A DNA stretch of 64,000 nucleotides from Octopus sinensis (GCF_006345805.1 NC_043019.1:22133360-22197359); one strand, 5' to 3'. Positions 24,355 through 36,645 are shown, counted from the first letter of the stretch. The notes: generated from the letters alone by a model not told the origin. A program made the numbers and translations.

Positions 24355-27300
24355 GGTGTTTGTGTGTGTGTTTGTTTGTTTGTGCATGTATGTATGTATG
24401 TATGTATGTAAACTGCTCTTCAAAACTATAAAGCCAAAACACTGTTTTTTCTGGTGAACTATACTCCCCAAATTCATGAAACTCACCTCAAGATAGGAAA
24501 TGGAATAGAAGAAGGCATTTGAAATCCCAAAATAAATTGGATAATAAAACACAGAACCAGAAACCCCTTGTTCAAAACTGTATTGCCAGGTTGAATAATG
24601 TTGCAAAAATGATGCAAAACAAGGAAATTATGATATATTTCAATGATATTCTCATGCAATACATCAATAATTGTGCGTTTGACCACCACCTTTCTGAATT
24701 ACTTCAAAGACACATGATTTCATGCTCTCAATCAATTTCTGCTGCAGAACAAGTGGAAGCTCTTCCCAGGCCTTCTTTACGGCTGTTTTAAGTTCATCAA
24801 CAGATGACTACTGCTTGCCTTCCCTGTACCCAACATTTGTGAGATATTCTCAGGGATTCTCTGTAGGATTAAGGTTGGAACTTCTTGTTGACTTCAAACC
24901 CTGTTGCATGGAGGAAATCCAAAGTTGCCTTTGCTTTATGAATAGGGACACTGTCCTGTTGAAATATAAAGATTTTGTCATGGAGCTTTCTTCCTTCTGA
25001 CTCAATGTGAGCCCTGTCCAACATACCTATTTCTTTACTACCCACAAGGGGCTACACACAGAGGGGACAAACAAGGACAGACAAACGGATTAAGTTGATT
25101 ATATCGACCCCTGTACGCACCTGGTACTTATTTAATCGACCCCCGAAAGGATGAAAGGCAAAGTCGACCTCGGCAGAATTTGAACTCAGAACGTAGCGGC
25201 AGACGAAATGCCGCTTAGCATTTCGCCTGGCGTGCTAACATTTCTGCCAGCTCGCTGCCTTGTCCAACATACCGATGTATGATGCAGCATTGAAACGGCC
25301 ATCCATGATGGCAAGTGGCAGCTTCCCATTGGTAGATATTGCTCCCCAATAAGACCTCTTTTGCTGTTCAGTCACTTGGAATAAACAGAAATTTGTAGAC
25401 ATTTATCTGCCCAGTAATACTTATAACCGTTGGGGCCATCCAACTTCCATTTCTTCTCATCAGGGAACACAACTCTGGTCTATTCACTATCCCATGTCTG
25501 ATGCTGCCAAGCAAATACCAGTCTAACAGTTTTGTGTGAAGGGGACAATAGCAGACGTCCTAGCTGCTTCTTCCGGTGGAAACCATTGTTCAAAATCACT
25601 CTTCTTATGGTGGATGTCAAGGTTCCTACTTCTGCCGATGCCTTTATTTTGGAAACAGAAGAGCAGCATGACTTCTTCACAGCTCTAACAATGGTCCTTT
25701 CATCCCTTTCTTGTAGCTGTCAAGATCTTTCACAAAATTGTCTACTGGTATACTGCTTCACTGAATCTTCTTGGCAATCTTCTAGTTACCCATTCCTTCC
25801 ACTTTCAGTGCAAGAATCTTCTCTAGCTCAATTTTGGAAAGCTTTGTAGCTTTAGGCATACTGGAAATGTAATCTAAACCATGGAGATTTCGGTTGAGCT
25901 GAATATTTTCTGCAACAATTTGTAAAGAAATGAAAATATATTAGTGGCTTTATAGTTTTGAAGTGTTGATAACCTAGGGAAAATTAGAAAATCAGATGTT
26001 GTAATGTGATAATAAAGATACAAGGTTTTCATTTCAATGTATTCATGAAATGCTCATTTACAATATATTATGCCCCTTAGTCCACTTAAATACAGAGCTA
26101 AATTTCTAAATAACTTTAAAAAACAGATGGCTTTATAGTTTTGAAAAGTAGTTCATACATATATATATAGGGAAAGTTTACGAAAAAAACAAAAGACGGA
26201 GACAGGTGGTGTACAAAAACAGATGTATTAGTATAACGTTCAGGAATAGAAAAAGTCTTTTACGTTTCGAGCCTACGCTCTTCTACAGAAAGGGACACAG
26301 AAAAAGCAAGGAAAGAAACAGTATATATATAATCCATTATCATTGAGTCTGACAAAATTTACACACTGTTTTGCCAACTAATAATTACAGATTAAATATT
26401 TTTCCACTCCGAGACTCATCAGACATAGCTTCTTCTTGAACTTGTCAAACTCTGGGATAATAAACACATACACACATTCATATATGATGGGATCCCACAC
26501 AGTTTCTGCTTACTAAATTTAGTCATAAGACATTGGTTGGTCCGGAAGTATAGTAGAAGAAACTTGCTCAAGGTGTTGCACCATGTGACTGAATCAGAAA
26601 CCATGTGGTTGTAAAGCAAGCTTTTTAACCAAACAGCCATACATGTGCCTAGCTATAAAGGAATAGATTGGCCATTTATTGCAGCAGCTATCCACTAAAT
26701 ATATTTATGCTAAAATATGAATAAAATCATTCTTTGAAGTAGTTAGAGAAAATTTGGCCAAAGAATTAAAGAATAAAGTTTTCATTTAAAATTCCTAATT
26801 CAGACACCTTTTACCTTTTACTTATTTCAGTAATTAGACCGTTGCCATGCTGGGGCACTGTCTTGAAGAATTTTTAGTTAAATGAATGGATCTCAGTGTT
26901 TTATTTTTTTTTCAAGCCTGGTTCTTATTCTATTGGTCTCTTTTGCTGAACCACTAAATAGATAAACTTACCTGCATTTCAACAAGTTTTCTGTAGAGGG
27001 CAAAAATTGGAGAGTAGACAAAGAAATTTAGATGTCACTTTAGGGATTTCAAAGTAAAACTAAGAGAAAACAACATCATAATCCTTAAGGATTAAGATGC
27101 ATAAACACAACCAAATTCTTCCAGAGAGAAAGAAGGAGAAAAAAAAAGGAAGAACCTAATACCCAACTAGTACTGGATTATTTACCAATTCCTAAAGAAT
27201 GAAAGGCAAAGCTGACTGCTGTAGAATTTGAATTTGTAATGCAGAGATCTGGAACAAATGCTGCAAAGCATTCTGTCCACTACTCCAACATTTCCTCTCA

Positions 27301-28679
27301 TTCGCTCACTCACTTTTAGTAGTTGGGACCTAAGTTGAATTACTACTGTATGTAGTTTTTATTGAAATCCTATCATTGACATAAAGTTATGCATTTAAAG
27401 GAAGGGTACATTGGTCAAATTCAGCACACTATTTGATTGCTAGTTGATTTTATCAAACTCACAGGGATAAAAGGCAAAGTTGACTTCAGTGAGAGTTGAA
27501 CTCAGAACAGTCCATATACAGATAACACTTAGCTGTATATGGGCTTAGTTGTATATGGACTTAGCTGTAAATGGTCTTAGCTGTATATGGACTATTTCAC
27601 CATAACAAATACAGTTTAAAAATTTAACTTACTATTATAAGGATGTGGTGATCCAATATGTGTATTATAAAAAATGGTGGGGTATACAGATTCATCTGGA
27701 ATAGTTGTGTTTCTTAGCCAATTTATTAAATCCTGAGCAATTCGGTTATTGACTGTATAGTTTATAAAGTCTCGAGTTACTGCAACATAGTGTGACCCTT
27801 TAGCTAACGTGATATTGTGTGGTACTGGTTTCTGTTTTAATGCTTTCCTCCATCTGTGTATCCAACGTCTGCAGAAAAGAGAGAAGAGAATGCATTTTAA
27901 CAGTCAATCTATTGTATAAATGGTAACATACTCACCTGTCAGGAAGGAAACATGTGTGTTCCAAGAACCCTCAATGACTGGTTTTTTTTTATATTAATGT
28001 TGGTCTCTTGAAGGTTATTCACAGGGTCCCAAAAGATCCAAGGCAGATGAAACCCTTCAGCTCTTTAGTTGTTCATCTGAGAGAAATTAACTCCATGCAG
28101 GTCCTACAACCTGATGACCTCCTGGGCTCATGATACTTGCTGTACCGGAACAAATAATTTTGAAGCATGAAAGAGTAGGACTGGCTCTGCACAAACCATG
28201 CCCATTATAGCAATAAACCCCTGCAGCCTTGTGAGCATTTTACATCAGCTAAAGGATTAAACCTCCACAGAAAATCCAAATTGGGTGATCCTAAGGCAGA
28301 TGTGTACAATTGTACTTCACCGGTATCAGGCTTTCCCTGTTACTCTATGTATGCTACAAACATATTAATTTGTTTTTCCTTTGTATTATATTTACGAATG
28401 AAGAGGTGGTAAGTATACTTAGGGCTAGACACTTGCTTCTGGGAACAGGCCAGGTATGGTAGATGGGGTTAAGTTACAGTCTCTGCAACACCACTGACCA
28501 ATGAAGCAAAAAAGGCCAACCTTTCAAGATATACTATTGACAACCCAATAATTTATTTATATTGCAATATTACATTAAATACTATGAATATAATTTAACA
28601 TAATATTATATAACATAAATAATTATAAAAACCAAGTTGGCCTTTTATGGTCTTAGAAATTATTGTAGGTCTCTGCTAC

Positions 28680-28729
<50 letters not shown>

Positions 28730-30758
28730 GTGTGTGTGGATGACAAAATTAATGTCTGATAGAAAGCTTACAATGTTGCAGCAGTAAAGCATATGTAAAT
28801 TTGAAAAACAAAAACCTTTTTAGTTCAATGTGTGTAGACAGGTTTTTTCAAGTGCATTCAGTGCATGTCACCTCCAAAGATATGGCTGCTATTTCTAGCA
28901 CGCCGTGCTACCACGTAACAGTTGTTTGTGATAAAGGACCAAAAATACTTGTTATGAGGTATCAGGGCATCACCAGAGTCCATCATCCAGCAGTACCCAC
29001 AGCGGTGGATTGGTTGAGAGGACAGCCTTCCTTTTCTAGTTGCCAGCTAGGGATTTTACTACTACTACTACTGCTGCTGCTACATCATCTACATCATCAT
29101 CATCATCATCCTCATCATCATCCTCATCCTCATCATCCTCATCCTCATCATCATCATCATCATCATCATCACATTCATCATCATCTATATTTAGGGAGAG
29201 TATGTCCAAATGCCCTAACTATGACTAACCCATCTACCTATTTCCAAGTGAAGTAATAAGTCTACTGAATGACAAACAGCCTGGACAATGTTTATATGGA
29301 AAACTGGAAATAAATGACACTGTGTGAATGAACACTTTATTTACAAAGATTGCATAACATGTCAAAAATCTGAATGCGTTCTTGCAATGGACTGCAAACA
29401 AACGACGCCATTAGTGAAATCATTCTTCAAATTAATTATATATTGTATGTATTGTATGTATTAAAATGTCACAAACGTGAAGAAAAAGAAATAAGGAATT
29501 ATCAAATTATTGAATGTGAAATTTAGATGTTTTCAAATAATAAATTTTAAACAGTAGGATAGCAAATAAATAAGAAATTATCAAATTATTAAATGTGAAA
29601 TTTAGATATTTTCAAAAATTAAATTTTAAACAGTAGGAAAGCAAATAAATAAGAAATTATCAAATTATTAAATGTGAAATTTAGATATTTTCACAAATTA
29701 TTAAATGTGAAATTTAGATATTTTCAAAAATTAAATTTTAAACAGTAGGAAAGCAAATAAATAAGAAATTATCAAATTATTAAATGTGAAATTTAGATAT
29801 TTTCAAAAATTAAATTTTAAACAGTAGGAAAGCAAATAAATAAGAAATTATCAAATTATTAAATGTGAAATTTAGATATTTTCACAAATTATTAAATGTG
29901 AAATTTAGATATTTTCACAAATTATTAAATGTGAAATTTAGATATTTTCAAAAATTAAATTTTAAACAGTAGGAAAGCAAATAAATTTGATTGAAAGTAA
30001 ATTAAGAAAAAGCAATTTGATTCATACCTGAAGTCAAGTTCGACAATATTTTTTCCATTAAGTCCTCGAAGAAACCTGACTATCTGAAGATTAGTTTTTA
30101 AAGGGAAATCCATTCCACAAAGATTAATGTAATAACGCCATGATGAAAAGCGCAACAAATCTCTCATCACTACCAGATCTGCTTCAACAAGGCTAAAATC
30201 ACCCCACTTTATAGCAAATCTTTTACTGCTTAGAAACACATTTGGGAAGCATTCGGCAATTGATTTGGCGACATGGTAGTCAGAAATGGCAGCTTTTTGG
30301 TCCAGATGGATGACATATATGTTCTGTGGGCGGTATATTGCTCTTAGAAGTTGCTCCATTTGTGTGACTTGATGATGAAAGAATATTCCATAGGCAATTG
30401 GGAAAGATTCCTCTTCTATTGTCATACTGTTCGTGAAGTATCCTCTTTCAGTTATCAACCTTGAACAGTTTTTTGACAGCTTCAACAAGTCTTGTGCAGG
30501 ATGTGGATATTTCTTTGCTTGCTCCTTTAATTCAGGTGATGTTTGGAAATCATTATCAAAAATCTTGGCACAGTTAAAAGAATCAACTTTGCGATTTGAA
30601 AGTGTCATCAAAGCTTTCCTTACAAATTCTGATTTTAACATTGATATTGACTTTCTTTTCCTGCTAGTAAACATTATTATTATCATCATAAGGATGAATA
30701 AAATTACAAGTGTTGAATAAGATTTTCTTATTGAAGACACTTTTCTCCAAAAGTTCAT
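19920..30758 (-). CDS. GT14 core-2/I-branching beta-1,6-N-acetylglucosaminyltransferase (GCNT-like); exons 30028-30758, 27633-27868, then 23799-24064 (410 aa) or 19920-20230 (425 aa)
   Basis: Type II TM N-terminus; FPIAYGI..QMEQLLRAIYRPQNIYVIHLD, YYINLCGMDFPLKTN, PHNITLAKGS, IPDE, C-x8-C, HLFANKF motifs; GT-AG introns, phases 2 and 1. Confidence 0.93.
20297..20706 (-). mobile_element. SINE family 2 copy
   Basis: Full-length copy just upstream of the exon 3b acceptor. Confidence 0.85.
20720..21155. mobile_element. Unclassified MITE-like dispersed repeat
   Basis: Homologous to about 60977-61415; imperfect ~27-bp TIR tgtc(c/t)ttgg...tgttattt. Confidence 0.6.
21349..21562 (-). mobile_element. 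SINE family 1 with 15-bp TSD, nested in an older opposite-orientation copy
   Basis: TSD actggggctgatata at 21334-21348 and 21563-21577. Confidence 0.88.
21712..22967 (+). mobile_element. Full-length degenerate mariner transposon
   Basis: TIR ctgaaaagttcataggctgac (21721-21741 / 22937-22957); broken transposase with WMPRLLT, FWDAKG, FHQDN, LAPSDYHLF. Confidence 0.9.
23799..24064 (-). CDS. GCNT-like proximal terminal exon (3a)
   Basis: tttcttccag acceptor; THSHLYKLAKYVAW...CSGSYKHSVCILG...HLFVNKF...ACMEEW...GWGW*; AATAAA at 23723-23728. Confidence 0.88.
24212..24257 (-). ncRNA. Minimal hammerhead-like motif in a Penelope-like terminal fragment
   Basis: GAUAC CUGAAGA A GGCUG..CAGCC GAAAC AU U GUGUU; stem III ACAU (probably decayed ACGU). 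Confidence 0.4.
24409..26156 (-). mobile_element. Degenerate Tc1/Tc3-like transposon with IR/DR-type ends
   Basis: 26-bp TIR (24411-24436 / 26128-26153), inner repeats at 24571 and 25945; transposase remnant RVVFPDEKKWKLDGPNG. Confidence 0.8.
25028..25260 (-). mobile_element. SINE family 1 inserted in the Tc3-like element
   Basis: 13-bp TSD tgtccaacatacc at 25015-25027 and 25261-25273. Confidence 0.9.
27528..27593. repeat. 16-bp tandem repeat x4 (CTTAGCTGTATATGGN)
   Basis: Directly visible; preceded by an inverted copy at 27509-27525. Confidence 0.9.
27633..27868 (-). CDS. GCNT-like exon 2
   Basis: ttttctgcag / gtaagt; RWIHRWRKALKQKPVPHNITLAKGSHYVAVTRDFI...WLRNTTIPDESVYPT. Confidence 0.92.
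29487..29985. repeat. 79-bp AT-rich minisatellite with nested 33-bp sub-unit
   Basis: Five units of aaataaataagaaattatc-aaattattaaatgtgaaatttagatattttc-aaaaattaaattttaaacagtaggaaagc, with 0,0,1,0,2 extra 33-mers. Confidence 0.92.
30028..30758 (-). CDS. GCNT-like first coding exon
   Basis: ORF 29955-30758 truncated at donor cag/gtatga (30027). Confidence 0.95.
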
Positions 30759-32554
30759 TTTTTTTATAGTTTGTTCACTGATATTTTTTTAAGGAATTAT
30801 TCCAATTTTCATCTATACTTCATGTATTGTATTTTCTCTTCTCTATTTTTTGAAGAAGAATCTGGTGAATCAGACAAAAATGTACAGCAGAATACTCTTT
30901 GTATTCACTGGGCTTCACACTGTTAGACTTTTCATTATGGGAATACTTAAAAGAGAGAATTTACAGTACAAATCCAACAACAGCCAATGAACTGAGGACA
31001 GCCATGGAGCAATTAAATTTAAATGTGTCATAACTATGAGAAATTAACATTTCTTATCCTTACAGCAAAAATCATGTATACTACCAAAAGCAAACTAAGC
31101 AAAAATAAAATATCCCACTGTTTTTTTTTTTTGTGCAGATTAGGAAAGAGAATTATATTTGCAAAGTGTTCCAGCTTTTAAAAATATGTTAAAGATTATC
31201 ATTTCCTTTTCTTTTTCTTCACTTTTTTATTTATTCTTTTCTTTTACATTTATTTTATTTTATTGTAATCTGACGTAAGGAATTGATAAGAAATAGATAA
31301 ATAATGTTTTTATGGAAGTTAGCAGAAGTTCCCATCCTTTCTACATGCTTTTAATCATCTGTGATTGGTGATTTGTACTGGAAAAGGAATCAATAATATT
31401 TATTGGTACGATTTACAGCCATCTGCCAATCATAGAGAATCATTTCACAACTGACTGTTCTATTTGTTTTGTTCAATTTGTCATGTTTATACTGGGATTA
31501 TACCTACACATAAAGTATATCATGTAGGTAGATAAGATAAAACTCCAACTATTTCCTCTTAAAGTTCCTCTGCTTATTCTAGGATTACAATGTATAGGTA
31601 GTTTGTTGCTGTATTGATGTGAGTTATATATCAGAGTTGAAAATTCTGGAAATATAGTTTGCAGAGTTTTTATATAACAAAACAGGAAGTTGCAAAATTT
31701 TTTGGTATTATTTATACACCATTACACATGTTTCATTTTCTAACAGGAATTAGTGTTTTACATGTTAGATGGACATGTAAGGAATTTCCTATAGGAAATT
31801 ATTCAGTCAGAGAATTAAAACAATACAAATTTTACATCTGGAGGAAACGTTATTAATCAGGAGTAATATAGATAGTTGGGGTGAAAGAAGAAATCAAATA
31901 TTACAGAACCTACATGTGTATGATTCTGTGTGTATGTGTGTGTGTGTGCGTGTGTGTTTGCACGTGTGCATGTGTGTGTGTGTGTGTGTGTGTGTGTAAT
32001 TTATTTATGGGACATTACATGTCTTTAAGTGCTATAGATAGTTTTATATGTCGAGAAATATCTCAAACATATCCATCAGGCACAAACCATGTATCATAAC
32101 GAACTAAAAAATTGAATAAGAGAAGAAAGGCAAAAAACAAAACAAAAAAAACTGAGAATGCAGCATATAGAAAACATGAAAAGAATGGAAAAAGAAAAAC
32201 AGAAAACAAAAACTAAAATATAAAAAGTAAAAAGAAAAAAATGTAAAAGAGTTATCCTCCTTACACTTTAAATTATAAGGCTGGAAAGATATCAACAAGT
32301 TAATTAGGAATAGGCAGAATTTTCCAGTTCTTCAAGATATATTTATTCATATACTTGCAACTGCTGAAAATTTCTGACCTGGAGTTCAGTAGAGTTAGGG
32401 ATCTTAGATCTGAACAGGATCTGTGCTCTTTCAGCTAAGCAAAGCCTACATTTATTCAATCCATTAACATATGGTATGGATTTCTCAATTATTTTCTACT
32501 TAATTACATGTGGCATTTTGTTATCTTTCAATATTATCTCAACTTTTTTGTTCC

Positions 32555-32835
32555 TTCTCAAGCCATGCCTGGCTCATAAGGGCTGGTTTCCCGGTTTCCT
32601 TGGCGTATAGGTTCCCCACCTGGATGGGACGCCGGTCCATCACAGGTGAGCTGCAAGATGCAGGAGGAAAGAGTGAGAGAAAGTTGTGGTGAAAGAGTCA
32701 GCAGAAGTTTGCCATTACCTTCTGTGGGAGCCGCGTGGAGCTTAGGTGTTTCGCTCATAAACACGGTCTGAGATTCGAACCTGCGATCCCTTGACTGCGA
32801 GTCCACTGCTCTAACCACTAGGCCATGTGCCTCCA
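32555..32835 (-). mobile_element. tRNA-derived SINE (family 3)
   Basis: A box tggcctagtggttag, B box ggttcgaatc; body related to 54785-55160 and 42445-42680. Confidence 0.75.
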
Positions 32836-33605
32836 CTATAATCTCAACTAATACTGTGGAATTCCTGAAGTAGATCCAACGGAAATATACCCCAACTGTA
32901 GATGATACCATGTAGCCCAAACCGTGCTAGTGCTTCACTCAACATATCAACATACTAATTGACATATATCCATTAGTCCAAAATATTACATATATATATA
33001 TAAATATATATACAACTTATAAACAAGGGCAAAAGAAAAAATTCTAATGCCAAATATGCCGAAAATAGACAAATTGTCAATAACCATATAATCTATCACT
33101 ATAAGCACGCGTCTCAAAGTAAGCTGGCAAAAATTTCTTTAAAATACTGTTATTATCGTATTGGTTCTAATTTCTGAGTTAATTCATAAGAATTTTCTCC
33201 TCATCAGCAATAAATATGAAAGAAATAAATGAAATACTTACTCATACCCAAGTATTTCATTTATTTCTTACGTATTTATATGCTTGCTTCCAGGTACAGA
33301 TACGCTCTTACAATTGCACAATCTTGCACTCACCATTCTTCCATTTGTACTTTCTTCTCCACAGAACCACATTCCTACCCATGTCCTAGCTCCTCATCAG
33401 TAGTCTCCCTCTCTCTCTCTCTCTCTCACTCACTAACTGTTCTTCTTTCTTACCTCCACTATACTTTCTCTTCCTTCCAACAAAGTGCTAATGTCCAAAA
33501 TATTATGATGTTCTTTTCTCACTAAACCGAAGGAGGAGAAAGCAAAAACTTTTGAGCAGTAAGTAACTCTCTGTTCCTTTCATTTGTGTTTAACCCACTA
33601 GGATT

Positions 33606-34304
33606 ATGATCAAGATTGGTTGTGGGAATGCGCGTGGCTTGGGGTCTCCTTGGAAACAAAGGTACCGCTTAAATGACAAGTTACACAAGTTAGAAATCAT
33701 AGTTATAAGTGAGACCAGACTCCATAATCCACTGGCCCTAAAATCCATGTTTGGTGGATGGTTGAACATTTATTTTTCTCCCTGTCTGCCAAAAATGGGT
33801 GGTAGTGGCACAGTGGTACTTTTTTGCAAGAATCTGGATCTCGATGTAAAGACAATATTCATAGACCTGGAGGGTAGACTGGTCATCCTGGATGTCAACA
33901 GCAGCAATGGGTGTGCTTTTCGACTCATATCAGTCTATGCACCGCCTTTAACAGGTCGGCCAGATATCTTTCGATGTCTAGAAGTATTCTTAGGAACGTC
34001 TCATCCTTTACTTTTAGTGGGGGATTGGAATGCTACTTTGGACACGCATCTAGACTACGTGGGCAGAGATAGGAATAGACAGGGGTGCAAATGCCTCAGA
34101 GACCTGCTCAGATGCTTTCAACTGTCTGACAGGCACCGACTCGACCACCCGAATGTGCCAACATGGACATGGAGCAACAGTGTGTCTCCTTATCACAAGA
34201 GTGCAAGGAAAAGGTCTGGCCCATTTTTTTTTTGCTGTTCAGGTAACTGCATGATTGCAGGAGGAATTACCCTGGTCTGGGAAACCATTCAGGTGACAAA
34301 CTGA
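33606..34304 (+). mobile_element. L1/Tx1-type ORF2 apurinic-like endonuclease fragment
   Basis: GNARGL, ISET, VYAP, VGDWN, TWTWSN motifs; no SDH and no RT follows. Confidence 0.85.
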
Positions 34305-34589
34305 ATGACATTCCTCCTCCAATCCACTGCACACCACACCAGCACCCCTCCCCCATCCCATCAATCAATCATTTTTGCTTGTTTTTGTTTCTCTCTCTTT
34401 TTTTTTGCTTTTTTTTGGGGGGCCCTTACAAGATCTTTCATGAAGTGTAATGCTAACATTCCTAACCCACCCTCATACGGCAACACCTGGGATCATCTTT
34501 TTCTTTTTCTTCTCTCTTGGAGATTTTCTCGTGACTAAATAGAAGTGCTGGAGACATGAAGGCGCCATACAAATATAAAGAACAACTGG

Positions 34590-34673
34590 CTCTATAGGTA
34601 ATTGATATATAACAATTGAAATGTATGTATAATACATGTCATGGTCAAACATGCTTGCATAAATACATACAAC

Positions 34674-34752
<79 letters not shown>

Positions 34753-34800
34753 TATATATATATATATATATACACATATATATATATATGTATATGTATG

Positions 34801-34854
<54 letters not shown>

Positions 34855-35060
34855 CACATATATATATGTATATGTATGTATATGTATATATATATATACA
34901 TATATATATACATACATACATACACACACATATGCATACCTATATGCATATATACATATGTACACATACGCACACACACACACGTACACATACACACACA
35001 TATGCATACCTATATGCATATATACATATGTACACATACGCACACACACGAGCACACAAA
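34590..35060. repeat. Compound (TA)n/(TACA)n microsatellite
   Basis: Directly visible. Confidence 0.95.
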
Positions 35061-35452
35061 AGACAGTGAAAGAGAGAACAACAAAGGGAGATTGACAAAG
35101 CTTGCACACGTAAAAATGTGTAAAGTGTTAGCGATAAATTCAGAAGCATGCACACAGGTACACATGTACACATGCAACAATCTAACATGCAAGTAATTCG
35201 CACGCAGACAAGTGGACAAGCATTGTGACAGATAGACAAGTAAATAGGCTGGAAGGCTGTCGAGGAAATTACTTACTGACTGTCAGACAGGAAAGATAAA
35301 CACGTTCAAGTAGTCAAATGCCTTCTTTTAGCTTCACACGTTCCTGCATTTAATATTTGTGTATATGTGTGGTTGTGTATGTGTGCATGGGCATATGCAT
35401 ACATATATATCTATATATATATATATACATACACACACACACACACACACAC

Positions 35453-35489
<37 letters not shown>

Positions 35490-35491
<2 letters not shown>

Positions 35492-35893
35492 GTTGAAAGA
35501 TTTAAAAGGCCAAACAATGCAAATAGATTTTAAGATGAGGTAACTCCACCCGTCTAACACCCGTGGACATATTTACAAAGTCAGAAAACAGCACATCACC
35601 CATGACTTCAGGAAACATTTTTTCACGCTAAGAGTTGCTGAAGCATGGAACAAACTGCCGGCATCAGTTGTTAGCTGTCGGAGCACTGCATCCTTCAAAA
35701 TTTCCATGCTTTCAGATTCGCCAACACTACATCTGATTTTCTCCCCTCCATACATACACAAGCATGTATCTGACTCATACATTGTTCGCTTTCCACACAT
35801 TTGTACATTATTGCATGTACTTTATATGCACTTTCTGACAAGTTGAGGTGCACCTGAGCACTGTATACAATAATTTCATTATTATTATTATTA
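35490..35893 (+). mobile_element. CR1-type LINE 3' end with (ATT)n tail
   Basis: NTRGHIYKVRK..DFRKHFFTLRVAEAWNKLP; ends in an attattatt tail. Confidence 0.85.
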
Positions 35894-36169
35894 TGTAAAC
35901 TAAAAGTAAGTTACCTGGTAATCTTTGGTCTTATATGTATCCAATATTTCAGGACATACAAGTCCCTTCTTCAGTGTTAAAAAGGTACTGTCCTTGGTAA
36001 GATGCATTTTTTGTTGGAGATAAAAATAATTCGATGATTGTTTTTGAATTTTCAAGCGTTTCTCAACTTCATGAATGTTAGTGATGGCGATTATTAACTT
36101 ATCGTTCCACAAATCAATTTTCATTACCTCTTTTCTAATATGTAGCTACATATTTATATTTTGTAGTTT

Positions 36170-36645
36170 ATGAAACTTATGACTAGGTGGAAAACTAATC
36201 TTGTTCTGGTTACATATTGGTGCTTGGGCCTTCAGCCTCAGAATTCTAGAGTTCAATTGCTTGAACAGAACCAAATGGTCAATGCAGAACTCTATGTTCG
36301 ACAGAAGGTGCAACTCAACACCGCTATTCAAGAGGAAAGACCTAATTGGCAGCATGGAGTTCTTCTGCTGCACGACAATGCCTGCCCTCATATCACCAAT
36401 ACGACCAAAGAAGCCATTCAAATGCATGACTGGAAAGTGCTGCCACAACCGCCGTACTCTCCTGATTTGACACCAATGGATTTCCACCTCTTTCAATCTC
36501 TTTCAAATGCTATGCGCAGAGTTTCGTTCAATACTGATGCAGAATTGAGAGCTTGGTTGGATCAATTTTTCGAGTCGAAATCGGGTGATTTCTACCAACG
36601 AGGTATTGAAATTCTTGTTGAACATTGGGAGGAAGTTGTAAACCA
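36170..36645 (+). mobile_element. Mariner transposase C-terminal fragment
   Basis: LLHDNACPH..PPYSPDLTPMDFHLFQSLSN..FYQRGIEILVEHWEEVV. Confidence 0.88.

Noticed and set aside
24310-24791. Hydrophobic ORFs with a gag/gtgagt donor-like site, first considered a GCNT or membrane-protein exon
   Set aside because: Lie inside the TIR-bounded Tc3-like fossil and show no GT14 motifs
28801-29256. Poly-His / poly-Ser ORFs
   Set aside because: (CAT)n microsatellite on the strand opposite GCNT intron 1
29487-29985. CRISPR-like repeat array
   Set aside because: Eukaryotic intron; units are contiguous with no unique spacers
32770-32835. tRNA-like sequences (also about 55090-55160 and 42445-42515)
   Set aside because: A/B boxes are present but there is no complete cloverleaf, and they continue into SINE bodies
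34592-35239. Multiple YI/IY-rich ORFs (also 39272-39834 and others)
   Set aside because: (TA)n/(CA)n microsatellite artefacts
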